A DNA stretch of 63,412 nt, counting the filler, from Pirum gemmata (taxonomy: Eukaryota): NCBI GenBank assembly GCA_002812295.1. It is 23 parts of 23 records of this genome, joined end to end, with 100 filler letters (N's around TTAATTAATTAA, not from the genome) between each part and the next. Parts side by side here need not be neighbours in the genome. Positions count along the whole stretch, not along the records: positions 1 to 3,051 come from PDIN01006610.1; positions 3,152 to 7,561 come from PDIN01006611.1; positions 7,662 to 10,039 come from PDIN01006612.1; positions 10,140 to 12,523 come from PDIN01006613.1; 19 more parts are not named here. The stretch is one strand, 5' to 3'. Shown piece by piece: positions 1 to 12,473 of this stretch. A model generated the notes under the pieces. The model worked only from the letters and a program-made list of their open reading frames with translations, searched no databases and was not told where the DNA came from. Positions within the stretch are counted from its first letter, which is position 1. Each line of letters begins with the position of its first letter. Position numbers and translations under genes: made by a program.

Positions 1-172
1 TTAGGGTTAGGGTTAGGGTTTGGATTAGGGTTCATATTAGGGGTAGGGGTAGGGGTAGGGGTAGGGTTAAAGTTGGGGTTGGCGTTAAGGTTAATGTCAG
101 TGCAGGGGTTAACTTATTTAATTGAGAATGGCGTGTTAAAATTAAAATAAAAAAATAAAAGTAAAAACATAC

Positions 173-483
173 CTATCTTGAGTTCTTGTATCCCATAATT
201 TAACAGTATGATCATAACTTCCAGTTAACAATATGTCAGTATTGTTTGCCTGTACAACACCACTACGCACGTAATCAGTGTGCCCTATATAACATAATAA
301 ACATTATTAACACGTTCATTCTTATCATCCTTACCCCTAACCTTAACCCTAATTTTAACCCTAACTATTAAAACCCGAACCCAAACCCGAACCCTAACCG
401 GAACCCTCAAGACAATCCTAAACCTTAACCTTAACCTTAATCTTAATCTTAACTTTAACTTTACCCTTAACCTTAATCCTAAT

Positions 484-519
<36 letters not shown>

Positions 520-1811
520 CCCTAACCCATCATCAAGATAATTACCAGTTAAATTCATAACCCTAACCCATCATCAAGATAATTACCAGTTAAATTCATA
601 ATTTTTTCACCCATTAATAAATCAAAAACTCTCACTATACTAATCTTAATCCTAATTACCCCTAACTACACCCTAACTACACCCTAACTACACCCTAACT
701 ACACCCTAACTACACCCTAACTACACCCTAACTACACCCTAACTACACCCTAACTACACCCTAACTACCCCTAACTACCCCTAACTACCCCTAACTACCC
801 CTACCCCTACCCCTACCCCTAACCTTAAACCTAACCTTAACCCTAACCTTGACCCTAACCTTAACCCTAACCCTAATCTTAACCCTAACCCTAACCCTAA
901 ATACCAGTTAATTTCATAGTCTCTTCGCCAGTTGGTAAATCATAAATTCTCACTGTACTATCATCGGACGCAGACATGATGTTAGTAGTGGAAGCAAATT
1001 TGGCAACGTGCACACCACGTGTGTGACCTTTAAAACTCCTTAATATCATCCTACTATTAGCATCAAAAACTTGAACTGTACCCCCTTCATCTCCCGCAAC
1101 TAATAAACCACCATCATCCCGGAAACTACCAGAATAAACAGTCTGCCAAGGGTTAAGGTTCAGGTTAAGGTTAGGGTTAGGGTTAGGGTTAGGGTTAGGG
1201 GTTAGGGTTTAATTTGGGATTAGGTTAGGGTTTAATTTGGTGTTAGGGTTAGGGTTTAATTTGGTGTTAGGGTTAGGATTTAATTTGGTGTTAGGGTTAG
1301 GATTTAATGGGTTAGGGTTAGGGTTAGGGCTAGGGTTAGGGTTAAGGTTAGGGTTAGGGTTAGGGTTAGGGTTAGGGTTAGGGTTAGGGTTAGGGTTAGG
1401 GTTAGGGTTAGGATTAGGGTTTAATAAGGGTTAGGGTTAGGGTTTAATAAGGATTAGGGTTAGGGTTTAATAAGGATTAGGGTTAGGGTTTAATTTGGGG
1501 TTGGGGTTAGGGTTAGGGTTTAATTTGGGGTTAGGGTTTAATTTGGGGTTAGGGTTTAATTTGGGATTAGGGTTAGGGTTTAATTTGGGGCTAGGGGGGT
1601 AGGGTTAGGGTTAGGGTAAGGGTGGTTTATCAAGCGTTAGGGTTAGGGTAAGATTAACCTCCTTAAACCTAGCAAAAGTTCTCTTAATTTTATTATTATT
1701 TGCACCGTATATTTGAACTCTTGTTGAACTAGAAACTGCGAAATCATGAGGGGAACTTGGGCTGAAGTTGATTGAGGAAATAGCAGAGTATTCTTTAACC
1801 GTAATCGGATA
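173..1811 (-). CDS. UTP15: U3 snoRNA-associated protein 15 (WD40), partial: three internal exons 1811-1659, 1142-905, 284-173
   Basis: GT-AG exons splice in phase to [99 protein letters not shown], which matches the Utp15 N-terminal WD40 region. Confidence 0.93.
330..900. repeat. Intronic telomere-like (CCCTAA)n array with variants, including an 11-mer CCCTAACTACA sub-array
   Basis: Seen directly between UTP15 exons. Confidence 0.95.
1149..1650. repeat. Intronic telomere-like (TTAGGG)n array with AT-rich interruptions
   Basis: Seen directly; opposite orientation to the neighbouring intron's array. Confidence 0.95.
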
Positions 1812-1995
1812 CTAAAACAAAATGAAAGAAAGAAGATTGTCATTATATTATTTAGGTTGGTGAGGAGTGAGTTAGGGTTAGACTTAGAGTTGGGGTTAGG
1901 ATTAGAGGTAGGGTTAAGGTTAAGGTTAAGGTGGGTTTAGGTTTAGGTTTAGACTTAGGCTTAGGTAGGGGTAGGGGTAGGGGTAGGTTAAATTT

Positions 1996-2725
1996 TTGTT
2001 GTTGTTCTTGTTGTTGTTGTTGTTGTTTGTTTGTTTGTTTGTTTGTTTGTTTGTTTGTTTGTTNGTCTGTTGTTGGTTTGTTGTTGGTTTGTTGTTGGTT
2101 TGTTGTTGGTTTGTTGTTGGTTTGTTGTTGGTTTGTTGGTTGTTTGTTGGTTGTTTGTTGTTGTTGGTGGTTGTTGGTGGTTGTTGGTGGTTGTTTGTTG
2201 GTTTTGTGTTGGTTGGTTGTTGTTGGTTGTTGTTTGCTGTTCTTTGTTCTTTGTTCTTTGTTTTTGTTTGTTGTTTGTTGTCTGTTGTTGTTTGTTTGTT
2301 ATTTGTTGTTGTTTGTTTGTTTGTTGTTGTTTGTTGTTGTTTGTTGTTGTTTGTTGTTTGTTTGCTGTTTGTTGTTTGTTGTTGTTGTTTTGGTTTTGGT
2401 TTTGGTTTTGGTTTTGGTTTTGGTTTTGGTTTTGGTTTTGGTTTTGTTTGTTTGTTGTTTGTTTGTTGTTTGTTGTTGTAGTAATTGTTGTTCTTGTTGT
2501 TCTTGTTGGCTAAAAAAGAATTTATGGAATATGGAATATTTCTGTAATTATCCATTTACTTTTTATTTTGATTATTATTGTGGTGGGGGTGGTTTGTTTG
2601 TTGCTGTTGTTTTATTTTTCTGTCTATTGAGTAACTATAATGCTAAGGTTATCATTTTTTTGAAAATAATTTCGGAATATAATTTTTGAAATAATATAAT
2701 TCATATGTTATGGTTATGTTGCTGT

Positions 2726-2776
<51 letters not shown>

Positions 2777-2835
2777 GTTGTTGTTGTTGTTTGTTGTTTG
2801 TTATTTGTTGTTGTTATTGTTGTTGTTATTGCTGC

Positions 2836-2873
<38 letters not shown>

Positions 2874-3051
2874 GTTGTTGTTCATTTATTTTTCTAACTA
2901 TCAATTTTCTATAATGATAAGTTGTCATTTTTAAAATAATTGTAATAATAAAATTAATATTTTTTTATATTGTTATTGTTTTTATTGTTTTTATTGTTTT
3001 TATTGTTGCTATTGTTGTTATTGTTGTTATTGTTGTTGTTATTGTTGTTAT
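1996..3051. repeat. GT-rich microsatellite mosaic (GTT, GTTT, GGTTTT, ATTGTT)
   Basis: Seen directly; source of spurious ORFs. Confidence 0.95.
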
Positions 3052-3151
3052 NNNNNNNNNNNNNNNNNNNNNNNNNNNNNNNNNNNNNNNNNNNNTTAAT
3101 TAATTAANNNNNNNNNNNNNNNNNNNNNNNNNNNNNNNNNNNNNNNNNNNN
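3052..3151. other. Artificial concatenation spacer N44-TTAATTAATTAA-N44; first of 22 (others start at 7562, 10040, 12524, 15025, 19182, 21592, 24094, 26571, 29041, 31525, 34460, 36960, 39428, 41899, 44960, 47166, 49666, 53456, 55943, 58447, 60931)
   Basis: Identical 100-nt cassette with stops in all six frames, recurring every few kb. Confidence 0.98.
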
Positions 3152-3305
3152 GCGGCCGAGCAGTAACAATAGTAATAGTGGAAGCAACAATAGTAATAGT
3201 GGAAGCAACAATAGTAATAGTGGAAGCAACAATAGTAATAGTGGAAGCAACAAACAAACAAGAGAAATCAATAGAAATAATAGCAACAACCGCACGGAAA
3301 CTTAC

Positions 3306-3977
3306 CTTCATTAATTTTAGGTTCTTTTCTACTAATGGGAGACGAATATCTCCTTATTATATCTTTCCTGCGATTCAAAAAGTAGATTCAAAATAGAGAA
3401 AACCATAAAAATAAAAATAAATATTAATTTATTAAGAGGAATAAAGTATGTATTAGTGTTTTAAAATTGATAATGAAATTTAGACAGTTAGCAGTTTTGT
3501 ATGTTTGTATTACTGGCTTATTCTTTTTGTCTTTCATAAGTGAAGCGGTGTTGTATACATTAGTACTGGAATATATATGGAGAGTATACAGTACTATATA
3601 TATATATATATATATCTTGTATAACTTTGTATAACTCTAACGAGACCCCTAAATAATAGGAAAAAGCGTATTCTGTTATTAATTACTGTGAATTGAAAAA
3701 AGTCAGTTTGATTATAGTATTATTTCACTTACTTAGGGTCTTCATCGCTTATTCTCCCACCCAAACTCTGTACTTCGTCTATTTCATCCTGGGAATCATT
3801 CTCACCATTAAGTGTACTGGAACTACTATTAGTGCTATTACTATTACTATTACTGTTACTAGTATCAGAAACAGAAGAAGAGGATCTTTTGCCGATAAAG
3901 GGTATACTTAATCGCTTACCCACTTTACCTCTTTTGCCAGTTGAAGTACGGTCCGTGCGGTCCGTGCGGTCCGACAT
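3306..3977 (-). CDS. 5' part of an unknown Ser-rich protein; exons 3977-3733 and 3367-3306
   Basis: ATG exon MSDRTDRTDRTSTGKRGK..SDEDP ends AA|GTAAGT; the next CAG|G exon continues in phase (KKDIIRRYSSPISRKEPKINE) and ends at GTAAG. Confidence 0.6.
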
Positions 3978-4671
3978 AATGTTTATCTATCTATTATATT
4001 TATTGTATATAATATATAATATAGCTACAATATGTTGATTATGATAATGAATAAATTGAAAAAAGTGAAACTAAAAAAGTAGTAAAAGTAGTAAAAATAC
4101 AGGAAATAAAAAATTGAATGGTATAATGAGAATCGTGAATGAAACAAAGAGAATAAATAATACCAAAAAAGTAGAGAACAAACAGAAACCAGAAAAATAA
4201 TGAACAATAAATAAAATGAAAATAAATGAAAAAAGTAATGAACGCTAAACAATACAATATGATAGATAATATGACTATAATATGATCGATAGTTCGTACT
4301 ATCATAATAATATTATCACAAACATTATCAAAAATCATTTTTTTTTTTATTGTTGTGGTCTGTGAGACTTCTGTGAGTCTGTGAGTCTGTGACCGTAACA
4401 AAAAAAAAAATCAATTTTTCAAAAATTACTAAATCAACCAATAATAAAAAAAAAAGATAAGCATTTTATTAATCGTTGATAAGATTTTGTCCTGAGATTT
4501 TGTCAAAACTCAAAACTACGTCACTTTTACCGTTGTACACTCGTTGTACGTCAATGTTGGATTGTTGGATGGATTTTATTACTTAATATATATAAATCAT
4601 ATATTTATATGGCTATAAAGACCAAATAAAGGAAATATATTCCTTTTTATACATTTTTTTGAAAATTATTG

Positions 4672-4892
4672 AGGAGATGTGGGAAAAACCATCGAATCAA
4701 GACTGATTCGAAACTTTCAAAATTTTTCGATCTGATTTTAAGTATTGACTCACTTTTGATTTCATTAAAAATTCTTAGAAATTTCATAGAAAAACTTAAA
4801 ACTCGAAAAAAAAAGAATATCATTTCAAAATTGTCACTATATAATAATTAGGATCGAGCTGTTTGATTCGATTTTGTTTTCCCTTATCTCCT
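4672..4892. mobile_element. MITE with about 30-bp imperfect TIRs; truncated second copy near 26888-27083
   Basis: AGGAGATGTGGGAAAAACCATCGAATCAA pairs with TTGATTCGATTTTGTTTTCCCTTATCTCCT; the internal sequence recurs on another contig. Confidence 0.7.
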
Positions 4893-5699
4893 GGGTAGCC
4901 CTTGCTCTAGTAGGCTAGCTACAGTTTGCTACTGGCTAGACTAGCAGTAGCTAGCTACTAGAGCTATCCGATAGCTACCTAGCTAGCTAGCTAGTGGAGG
5001 GTCAGTGGGTCACGAAGTTCAGAACTAAGTTCAGGCTCTTCAGGGGGTGATCTACTGAAGTTCTAATGATTATTATGATTTGGTTTGAGTGGTTTGAGTT
5101 TGTATAGGGTGGGATTCATACAAAGTTGTACAAAACATAATGCAAAACTTCAGAATGCAAATTATTTATAACTAAATTATTATTATTATTATATGTATAT
5201 ATATATATATATATATATTGTATATGACAGCTCCATTAATATATAGTATTGTATAATCTCCATCTGCATGTCAGCTCCAATGTACTCAGCACCACTTCGC
5301 GAATGAAAGACAAAAAGAATTTATAAGTCATCAATACAAACATACAAAGCTTCTAACTGTCTAAATTTCATTTTCAATTTTTATAGAGTTTTTATTTCGT
5401 CAAGCAAGGGGATTGATTTTATGATTTTGTGTAGGTCTTTTTGTAAAATACAATAAAAAAAGAAAAAAAAAAATGATTTGAAAACAACGAGAAAGGTATA
5501 CTATATGCTATATACTATTGCTTTTGGATTTTTGAGCTCATATGGGTGCAGATGTGCCATTTTTATCTGGGCTTGGTAGTTAATAAAAATATAATATATT
5601 TATTTACAAATAATACATCAGTATACAAATACTAAAATAATTATTACGTATCAAAAGACTACGCCCTATATATATATGATCTANCAATGGATATGAGTT

Positions 5700-5739
<40 letters not shown>

Positions 5740-5889
5740 GGTCAGGGTTAGGGTTAATCCTAACATGGAAAAATATCAAACTATGAACTAACAAAAAACT
5801 AATACCCAATAATAAATTAACAAATAATAATAAAAAATAGTGTCAAAAACAACGAATCAATCCGCCAGTAACCCATAATATAAACTAAC

Positions 5890-6093
5890 CTCATCAATTT
5901 TTATTAATTTTGTGTACGCTGTAGCGATATGTTCTGACACAACTTCAAATAATTTGAAATCTTTCGAGCTGCTCAAAAACGGAGAACGATGCGGAAGACG
6001 AGAAACAACTAATAACATACAAGGTTGTAGCGTTATTCCGCTAATAATTGGAATGACTGCTCGGTGTAGTCCCTTACCGCCTTTTATCCCACC
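5890..6093 (-). CDS. Exon encoding the C-terminal half of a GAF-like domain
   Basis: AG/GT-bounded 204-nt open exon: GGIKGGKGLHRAVIPIISGITLQPCMLLVVSRLPHRSPF..KDFKLFEVVSEHIATAYTKLIKIDE. Confidence 0.6.
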
Positions 6094-6679
6094 CTATAGG
6101 ATAGTTATTTGTATTAACTTACATTAGTAGATACACTGGGGGATAAGGATAGGGATAGGGATAGGGATAGGGATAGCGATAGCGATAGGGTTAGGGTAGT
6201 ATACAGAAAAAAAGTTTTATCGGTATAATGGGCTCAATATATATTATAATACTTATTATGATGTATTTTATAACTTTTACATTTTAGTTAACATGTAAAT
6301 AATAATAATAATAATACAATATATTATGATGGCTGATCTTAATCACCTTACGTGACTTTTTATCAATATACTAAAGTATACACGTATAATATAGTAATTT
6401 CCATTTCTTTTTTTAATGAGCGGGTAGAAACATATATATATNAGGGTTAGGGTTAGGGTTAGGGTTAGGGTTAGGGTTAGGGTTAGGGTTAGGGTTAGGG
6501 TTAGTTAATATTATTATTTTATTAATATTATTAATATTATTAATATTATTAATATTATTAATATTATTCCTAGCATTATTATTATTATGGTTATCGTGTT
6601 ATAAATCCAAATTAAGGTGTAGGTTAGTTTAGTCATAGTTGTACTATTATCATTTACCTAACTCAATAATAATCTTTAC

Positions 6680-6888
6680 CTGAATGGTTACGAACTGGTG
6701 TGCATAATATTGTTTTCGTTTTGTTGTTTGTTTCCTTATCAATTTCTTGATCAAATCGTTCATCTTTGTACGCATCTGTAATATTTAAAGTTTCACCCGT
6801 TTTAACAACAATTCCAGCCACACCAGTGACATCAAAGTCATCAGTATCTTCTTTTTTGCTGTTTAATATATCTGAATCACTCGTATTT
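6680..6888 (-). CDS. GAF-domain exon of a cyclic-nucleotide phosphodiesterase-like or cyclase-like protein
   Basis: GVAGIVVKTGETLNITDAYKDERFDQEIDKETNNKTKTILCTPVRNHSG is the cNMP-GAF signature; CAG and GT boundaries. Confidence 0.85.
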
Positions 6889-8191
6889 CTGTTTATTATT
6901 ATTATTATTATTGTTGTTGTTAGCAATAGTTATTAATTAGTTTATAGAGAAAATAATGATAACACGATCGGGATCGAAATATTATAAGCTGAAGTTTCAG
7001 AATATAGTTAAAAGGATAAAATAAACATATTTGACTTCATGATTACTAAATATATTGGATTTATGATGATTTAGTCGTTCTCCAGGGTGATTTGTGGATA
7101 TGTGTAAAATAGACTATTCATTAGGTGTGCATTTCGATGTTCGGTCATTTGCGCGTTTGTTCATTCGATGAACTTTGAATTTTGAATTTCGTTAGGGTTA
7201 GGGTTAGGGTTAGGGTTAGGGTTAGGGTTAGGGTCAGGGTCAGGGTTAGGGTTAGGGTTAGGGTTAGGGTTAGGGTTAGGGTTAGGGTTAGGGTTAGGGT
7301 TAGGGTTAGGGTTAGGGTTAGGGTTAGGGTTAGGGTTAGGGTTTGGTAATTTTAAACATATATTATAGTAGCGTCATCCGTATTAGCCTCTAACTTGAGA
7401 CCTCTTTGTTTGTTATAAAAAGTTATTTTGATCATTTTAAATAAACTTTCTAGTAAACTGGATTTAGTACTTCATTGTAGTAGGTAAATGGCCAATGTGT
7501 TTTATACTTTGTTTGTTTGTTTTTTTTTTATTTTTTTTTATTTATTTTTTATTAACCCAAANNNNNNNNNNNNNNNNNNNNNNNNNNNNNNNNNNNNNNN
7601 NNNNNTTAATTAATTAANNNNNNNNNNNNNNNNNNNNNNNNNNNNNNNNNNNNNNNNNNNNGTGGTGGTGGTATTGCCCTTGTTGTTGCTGTTGTTGCTG
7701 CTGCTGCTGTTGTTGTTGTTGTTGTTGTTGTTGTAGTTGTAGTAGTAGTAGTAGTAGTAGTTGTTGTTGTTGTTGTTGTTGTTGTTGCTGCTGCTGCTGT
7801 TGTTGTTGTTGTTGTTGTTGTTGTAGTTGTAGTAGTAGTAGTAGTAGTAGTTGTTGTTGTTGTTGTTGTTGTACATACAAAAGAAAAACTAGTTGTCATC
7901 TTATATTTATTAAAAAATAAAATACTCGAGCTCAGCAATAAAAAAAGAAACCTGATTATTAAAACTTATTTTTTTTAATTCTACTTATTAATTTTAATAT
8001 TTTTTCATTTTTCGATACTAATACTCTTCAATTCTAAAGTTTCACCAGCCACGAACATATATAAAGATAAATCAGATAAAGTAATATAATTTGAAATAAT
8101 ATTAAGTGGTAAGCGTATAGAATTATTACTTGTATTTTGTATTTGGTCAATATTAAGTTAATTGTTTTTTTTTTACCTTCTTTGGTTAATC

Positions 8192-8775
8192 TTAAACTAT
8201 CTTTTTTTTCAGGGCAATGTTTAGAAAAACAATATAAAATTTGTGTAAAATAAATAAGTCTTTTAAAGAAAAATATGGTTGGGAATATATAATTAAAATG
8301 ATTTGAATGTTGTTTTTTACAGCTTTGTGTATTTTATCATCCCCTTTGTCATAAAAATTGGACGCCCCTATATCTGTTTCTGTAATTGTTTTGTTTTTTT
8401 TTAAAGCGTTAGCTAATTTAGCAACCCCTTTGTTATCAATTCTATTATTATTCAGGTATAAATTTGTAAGTGTTTTGTTTTCTTTTAAAGCGTTGGCTAA
8501 TATAGCAACCCTTTTATCGCCAATTTCATTTCCTTCCAAATTTAAATTTGTAAGTGTTCTGTTTTCTTTTAAACCGTTAGCTAATTTAGCAACCCCATAG
8601 CCATCAATAAAAGTATCCCTCAGATCTAAATATGAAAGTGTTCTATTTTCTTTTAAAGCGTCAGCTAATTTATCTGCTCTTTTGTAACCAATTCGATTTC
8701 GTACAAGATTTAAATTTGTAAGTGTTTTGTTTTCTTTTAAAGCGTTAGTTATTTTCGAACAAGTTTTTACTGAGA
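8192..8775 (-). CDS. RI/NLRC3-type leucine-rich repeat protein (28-aa repeats), probably a terminal exon
   Basis: Open frame of LANALKENKTLTNLNLxxNxIGxxG repeats extends upstream of the annotated ORF to a TTTATAG acceptor at 8776-8777. Confidence 0.75.
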
Positions 8776-9429
8776 CTATAAATGGTTGGCTCGAAAAAGG
8801 GGTGATTGAAAAAAATCATGAATCTACTCCAGTAAACATTCCTCTACTAGCTAGCTGTGCCACAATACAACAGTAAAGGAGAATTAAAAAAAACTCTCGA
8901 ATTTGTTTAGATTTTCGAAAAATCAACAAAATTGTGAAAATGGATCGAGTTGAAATTACTTCAATAAAAGAATTACACCAAATAAAAGAAATCGAACAAG
9001 TAATAATTTCTACTTTTGATTTGGAATCAGTTACAAGTTAATTATTTTACTCGAAAATATTGTTGTTTCACCTGGAAAGGACAGCAATGCCGTTGTGTTG
9101 GAGCACCGTTCGGGCTTAGTTTTCTTCCTTCCAAATATCACAGACTTATGAGTCAATTATTTAGTGATATTCCTCAAGTTAAAGTATGTATAAAAAAGCT
9201 ATTTCATTTAATTATACGTTGATGACTAAGGCATCATGATTACCGTTTTCTCGTGTGTATATTTTTAATAGTAGGCAATCTATTAAATGTTACTAGCCAA
9301 TATACACAATCGTGGTTTTTACAAAATAATTTTTCCACAAACTTTTGAATTTAGAAGTTAATCAATTCAATATATATATATATATATATTAAAACAAACA
9401 AAATTTTCTTCTCTGACTGCAACTCTAAG

Positions 9430-10010
9430 GCATGGCAAAGGGACTGATAAATTAGCTGACCGCTTTAAAAGAAAACAAAATACTTACAAATTTGAATTTA
9501 CAACATGATGGAATTGGTGCGGAAGGGGCTGATAAAATAGCTAAAGCTTTAAAAGAAAACAAAACACTTACAAATTTAATTCTAAGTTGTAATAAAATTA
9601 ATGACGAAGGAGCTGAAAAATTAGCCAAGGCTTTAAAAGAAAACGAAATACTTACAAATTTAAATCTGGTACGAAATCAAATTCGTAACATAGGAGCTGA
9701 TAAATTAGCTAACGCTTTAAAAGAAAACGAAAAACTTAAAAATTTAAATCTGATTTCAAATCAAATTGGTGACAAAGGGGCTGATAAATTAGCCAACGCT
9801 TTAAAAGTTAACAAAACACTTACAAATTTGGATCTGGGGGTTAATAAAATTGGTGACGAAGGGGTTGATAAATTAGCCAATGGTTTAAAAGTTAACAAAA
9901 CACTTACAAATTTAGATCTGGGTTAATAAAATTGGTGCTAAAGGGTCTGATAAATTAGCTAACGCTTTAAAAGAAAACGCAAAACTTAAAAATTTAAATC
10001 TGACTTCTCC
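9430..10010 (+). pseudogene. Frameshifted RI/NLRC3-type LRR paralog (84-bp tandem units)
   Basis: Same repeat unit; extra C near 9451 (GCT GAC C GCT) and a 2-nt loss near 9921 (GATCTGGGTTAA vs GATCTGGGGGTTAAT) break the frame while repeats continue. Confidence 0.7.
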
Positions 10011-10139
10011 TGTTTATATTATTATTACTATTATTATTANNNNNNNNNNNNNNNNNNNNNNNNNNNNNNNNNNNNNNNNNNNNTTAATTAATTAANNNNN
10101 NNNNNNNNNNNNNNNNNNNNNNNNNNNNNNNNNNNNNNN

Positions 10140-12473
10140 ACCAAGAAATGTTAAGAACCGGTGTAAGTTTCTACAGAAAATAGTAAAATACAATATGGAT
10201 ACAACTGTAGCTTTAATTAAACAATAGAAACAAAAATACTATTCATACTTGAAAACGCGAGCAACTTCTTTCGTAGTAGCTTCTTCTTGAGTAATTTCTG
10301 CTTCAGCACCCTGAAGAAAAAGAAAAACATTACCCAAACCAAGTAAGCAAGAAAAACAACCCCCCCCCCACACACATACATTACATACATAAATAAAAAA
10401 CGATAAAGAGTATGTGTTCTGTTCTAATAGAATTTATCTAATACACTTTTCACTTGTTTAAGGAAGAATTTCAATACACCCACTAGTATTTATTGCTTTC
10501 TAAATTGTATTCTTGGGCAAATTATGTTTTCAGTTTGTTAAGAGAATGAATGATTTCTTTATTCAACTAATTGGTTTTATGATTTACATTACTATTTTAT
10601 TTATTAGTCGACTCTTTTTTCATGGTTCAAGGATTAACAATTAATTAGTCAATAATTAGATAATTTATTTTTTATATGTACATTTTGAACTGCTAACAAG
10701 AGGCACGGATCATTTGGATACCTACTAATTTTTTATTTAACAATACAAAATTATAGAGACTTACTTGTAAAGGCTGGGTCTTAGTTACTTTCTCTTGATT
10801 TTCTGTTTTTCTTCGAGGCATTTGCCGAACTGGGTTAACATTTTGAAGAGCCCCTGATCTATTAATCCATGTAGATATTCATGTAGGTCAGGAGAAAATA
10901 AGAATTAGTGAATGACAACAAAACAGCCAACTATATCTTAAAAAGCAATTAAAAAAAAAACAAAAAAATACTTACAAAATATCTAATGAAGGAGCTCTGC
11001 CTTTAAAAATATTTGCGACACTTCTACCAAAAGTTTCCCAATTCAGTATTTGTGGTGGTGTATCTATAGATAACTAATAAAACAAGGGTAGGATTACAAT
11101 TAGCACCAATAATCCAATTTAAATTTTGTTAAAAAAATGAAAAAGGGTGTGTCAGTTGCATTATTTATTCTCTTTTTGATAGTACTAGAAAGTAAACCTC
11201 ATCTCCAGCCCTTTCATTCTCACTTAGAACCCCCTTTACTTTAGCCATAAAATGAGCTGCATCAAATTCAACAAATGTGTGCTTCAAATTTCTAGAACTT
11301 TTCAGGGCTAAACTAGACGATAACACAAGGAATTCGGAATCTAAAACTGCCTCCCTGGCCTTTTCAACTACAAAAAATACGAGAGCAAATAAAGCAAACC
11401 AGCAATAAAGTTTAGAAAAGAAAAAAGAAAAAAGAAAAAAGAAAAACACAAACACACATAATCTAACTGACAAAAAATACAATTAAACTTGGAAGATCTC
11501 TAGAATCGATTAGTATAGCTAGGTAATATGGTTTTATAAAATGTAATCCTACAATTCTAATGGTGGTAGAAAAAAGGATACTTGTAGACAAATAGATATG
11601 TAACGCACAAGGGAATGTCAATAATAATAATAAAAAGTTTCTACCATATATATATATTATAGTACTATACGCATACCTTTTTCGAATAAATATTGCGATT
11701 TCTTCAGCCCTTTCACCAATCCATCAGATGTAGGGTTTGTATAATCAATTTTGCGCTCTGTTTTTTATTGTTGTTTTAATTTTCATAAAAAAAATTGGTC
11801 AGTGTTTTGTTTTAAGGACGTTTACTTCTATAAGACAAGACATACAGAAGATAGATGGCTAGATAAATGGCCAGGTAATAGACATAGCGATGACAGAGAG
11901 TAAAACATTGTAAAAAAAAAAAAAACTCGCGTATTCACGAAGCCTTAAAGAGCTATATTCATACAAACGATTTATACATATACTTATATGTGATCCTAAA
12001 TACCAGTAATCCCCGATATATATATATATATATATTATAATACATAAAAATTAATAGTATATAGTAGGTTACAAAATGAGAAAAGATACCTTCCGTTTTT
12101 TGAATTAACTCTCTGTAATCTTGGCGCAACAAAACACGTTGCTGTTGAGATTTAATCCGCTCTTCCTCAGTTTGAGGTTGGGTGAATCCTGGTTAAAAAA
12201 GAAAAGAAGCAAGATAGGTTATTAACAAGTTTAAAAAAACACCAATAATATATATACAAAAGGAGTAGCTATCATCACGAACAAACAAAAGCAAGCAAAG
12301 GAATAGAAAAGGATAGCGTGGGATCAGGGTAAACATACACAGGAACGATAGAGTGGGAAGAGAAAAAAACTTTACTTAAAAGTATCCTCTATATTTATTC
12401 TGAAAAACAGAACCAGATTTAGAGAAACATTATAAAACTTGTCAATGTACTTACTACTTGCTTGAGAGCTCAT
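10140..12473 (-). CDS. NSE4: SMC5/6 kleisin subunit NSE4, 5' part; exons 12473-12455, 12188-12090, 11757-11677, 11367-11198, 11073-10976, 10858-10765, 10310-10249, 10170-10140 (truncated)
   Basis: Eight GT-AG exons in phase: RVLLRQDYRELIQKTE..LFEKVEKAREAVLDSEFLVLSS..FDAAHFMAKVK..LNWETFGR..QEEATTKEVARVFK, matching Nse4/EID3 motifs. Confidence 0.88.

Noticed and set aside
1237..2934. Overlapping low-complexity ORFs (LGLGLG, poly-V/C/L/N/Q), also at 7606-7938, 16693-18473, 39532-41157, 43867-44328
   Set aside because: Translations of microsatellites and telomere-like arrays
3096..3107. Regularly spaced TTAATTAATTAA palindromes, superficially array-like
   Set aside because: Always centred in 88 Ns; an artificial six-frame-stop linker
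12376..12399. 24-nt AG/GT-bounded micro-exon candidate in NSE4 intron 1
   Set aside because: Inclusion gives an immediate TAA; the flanking exons join in phase without it
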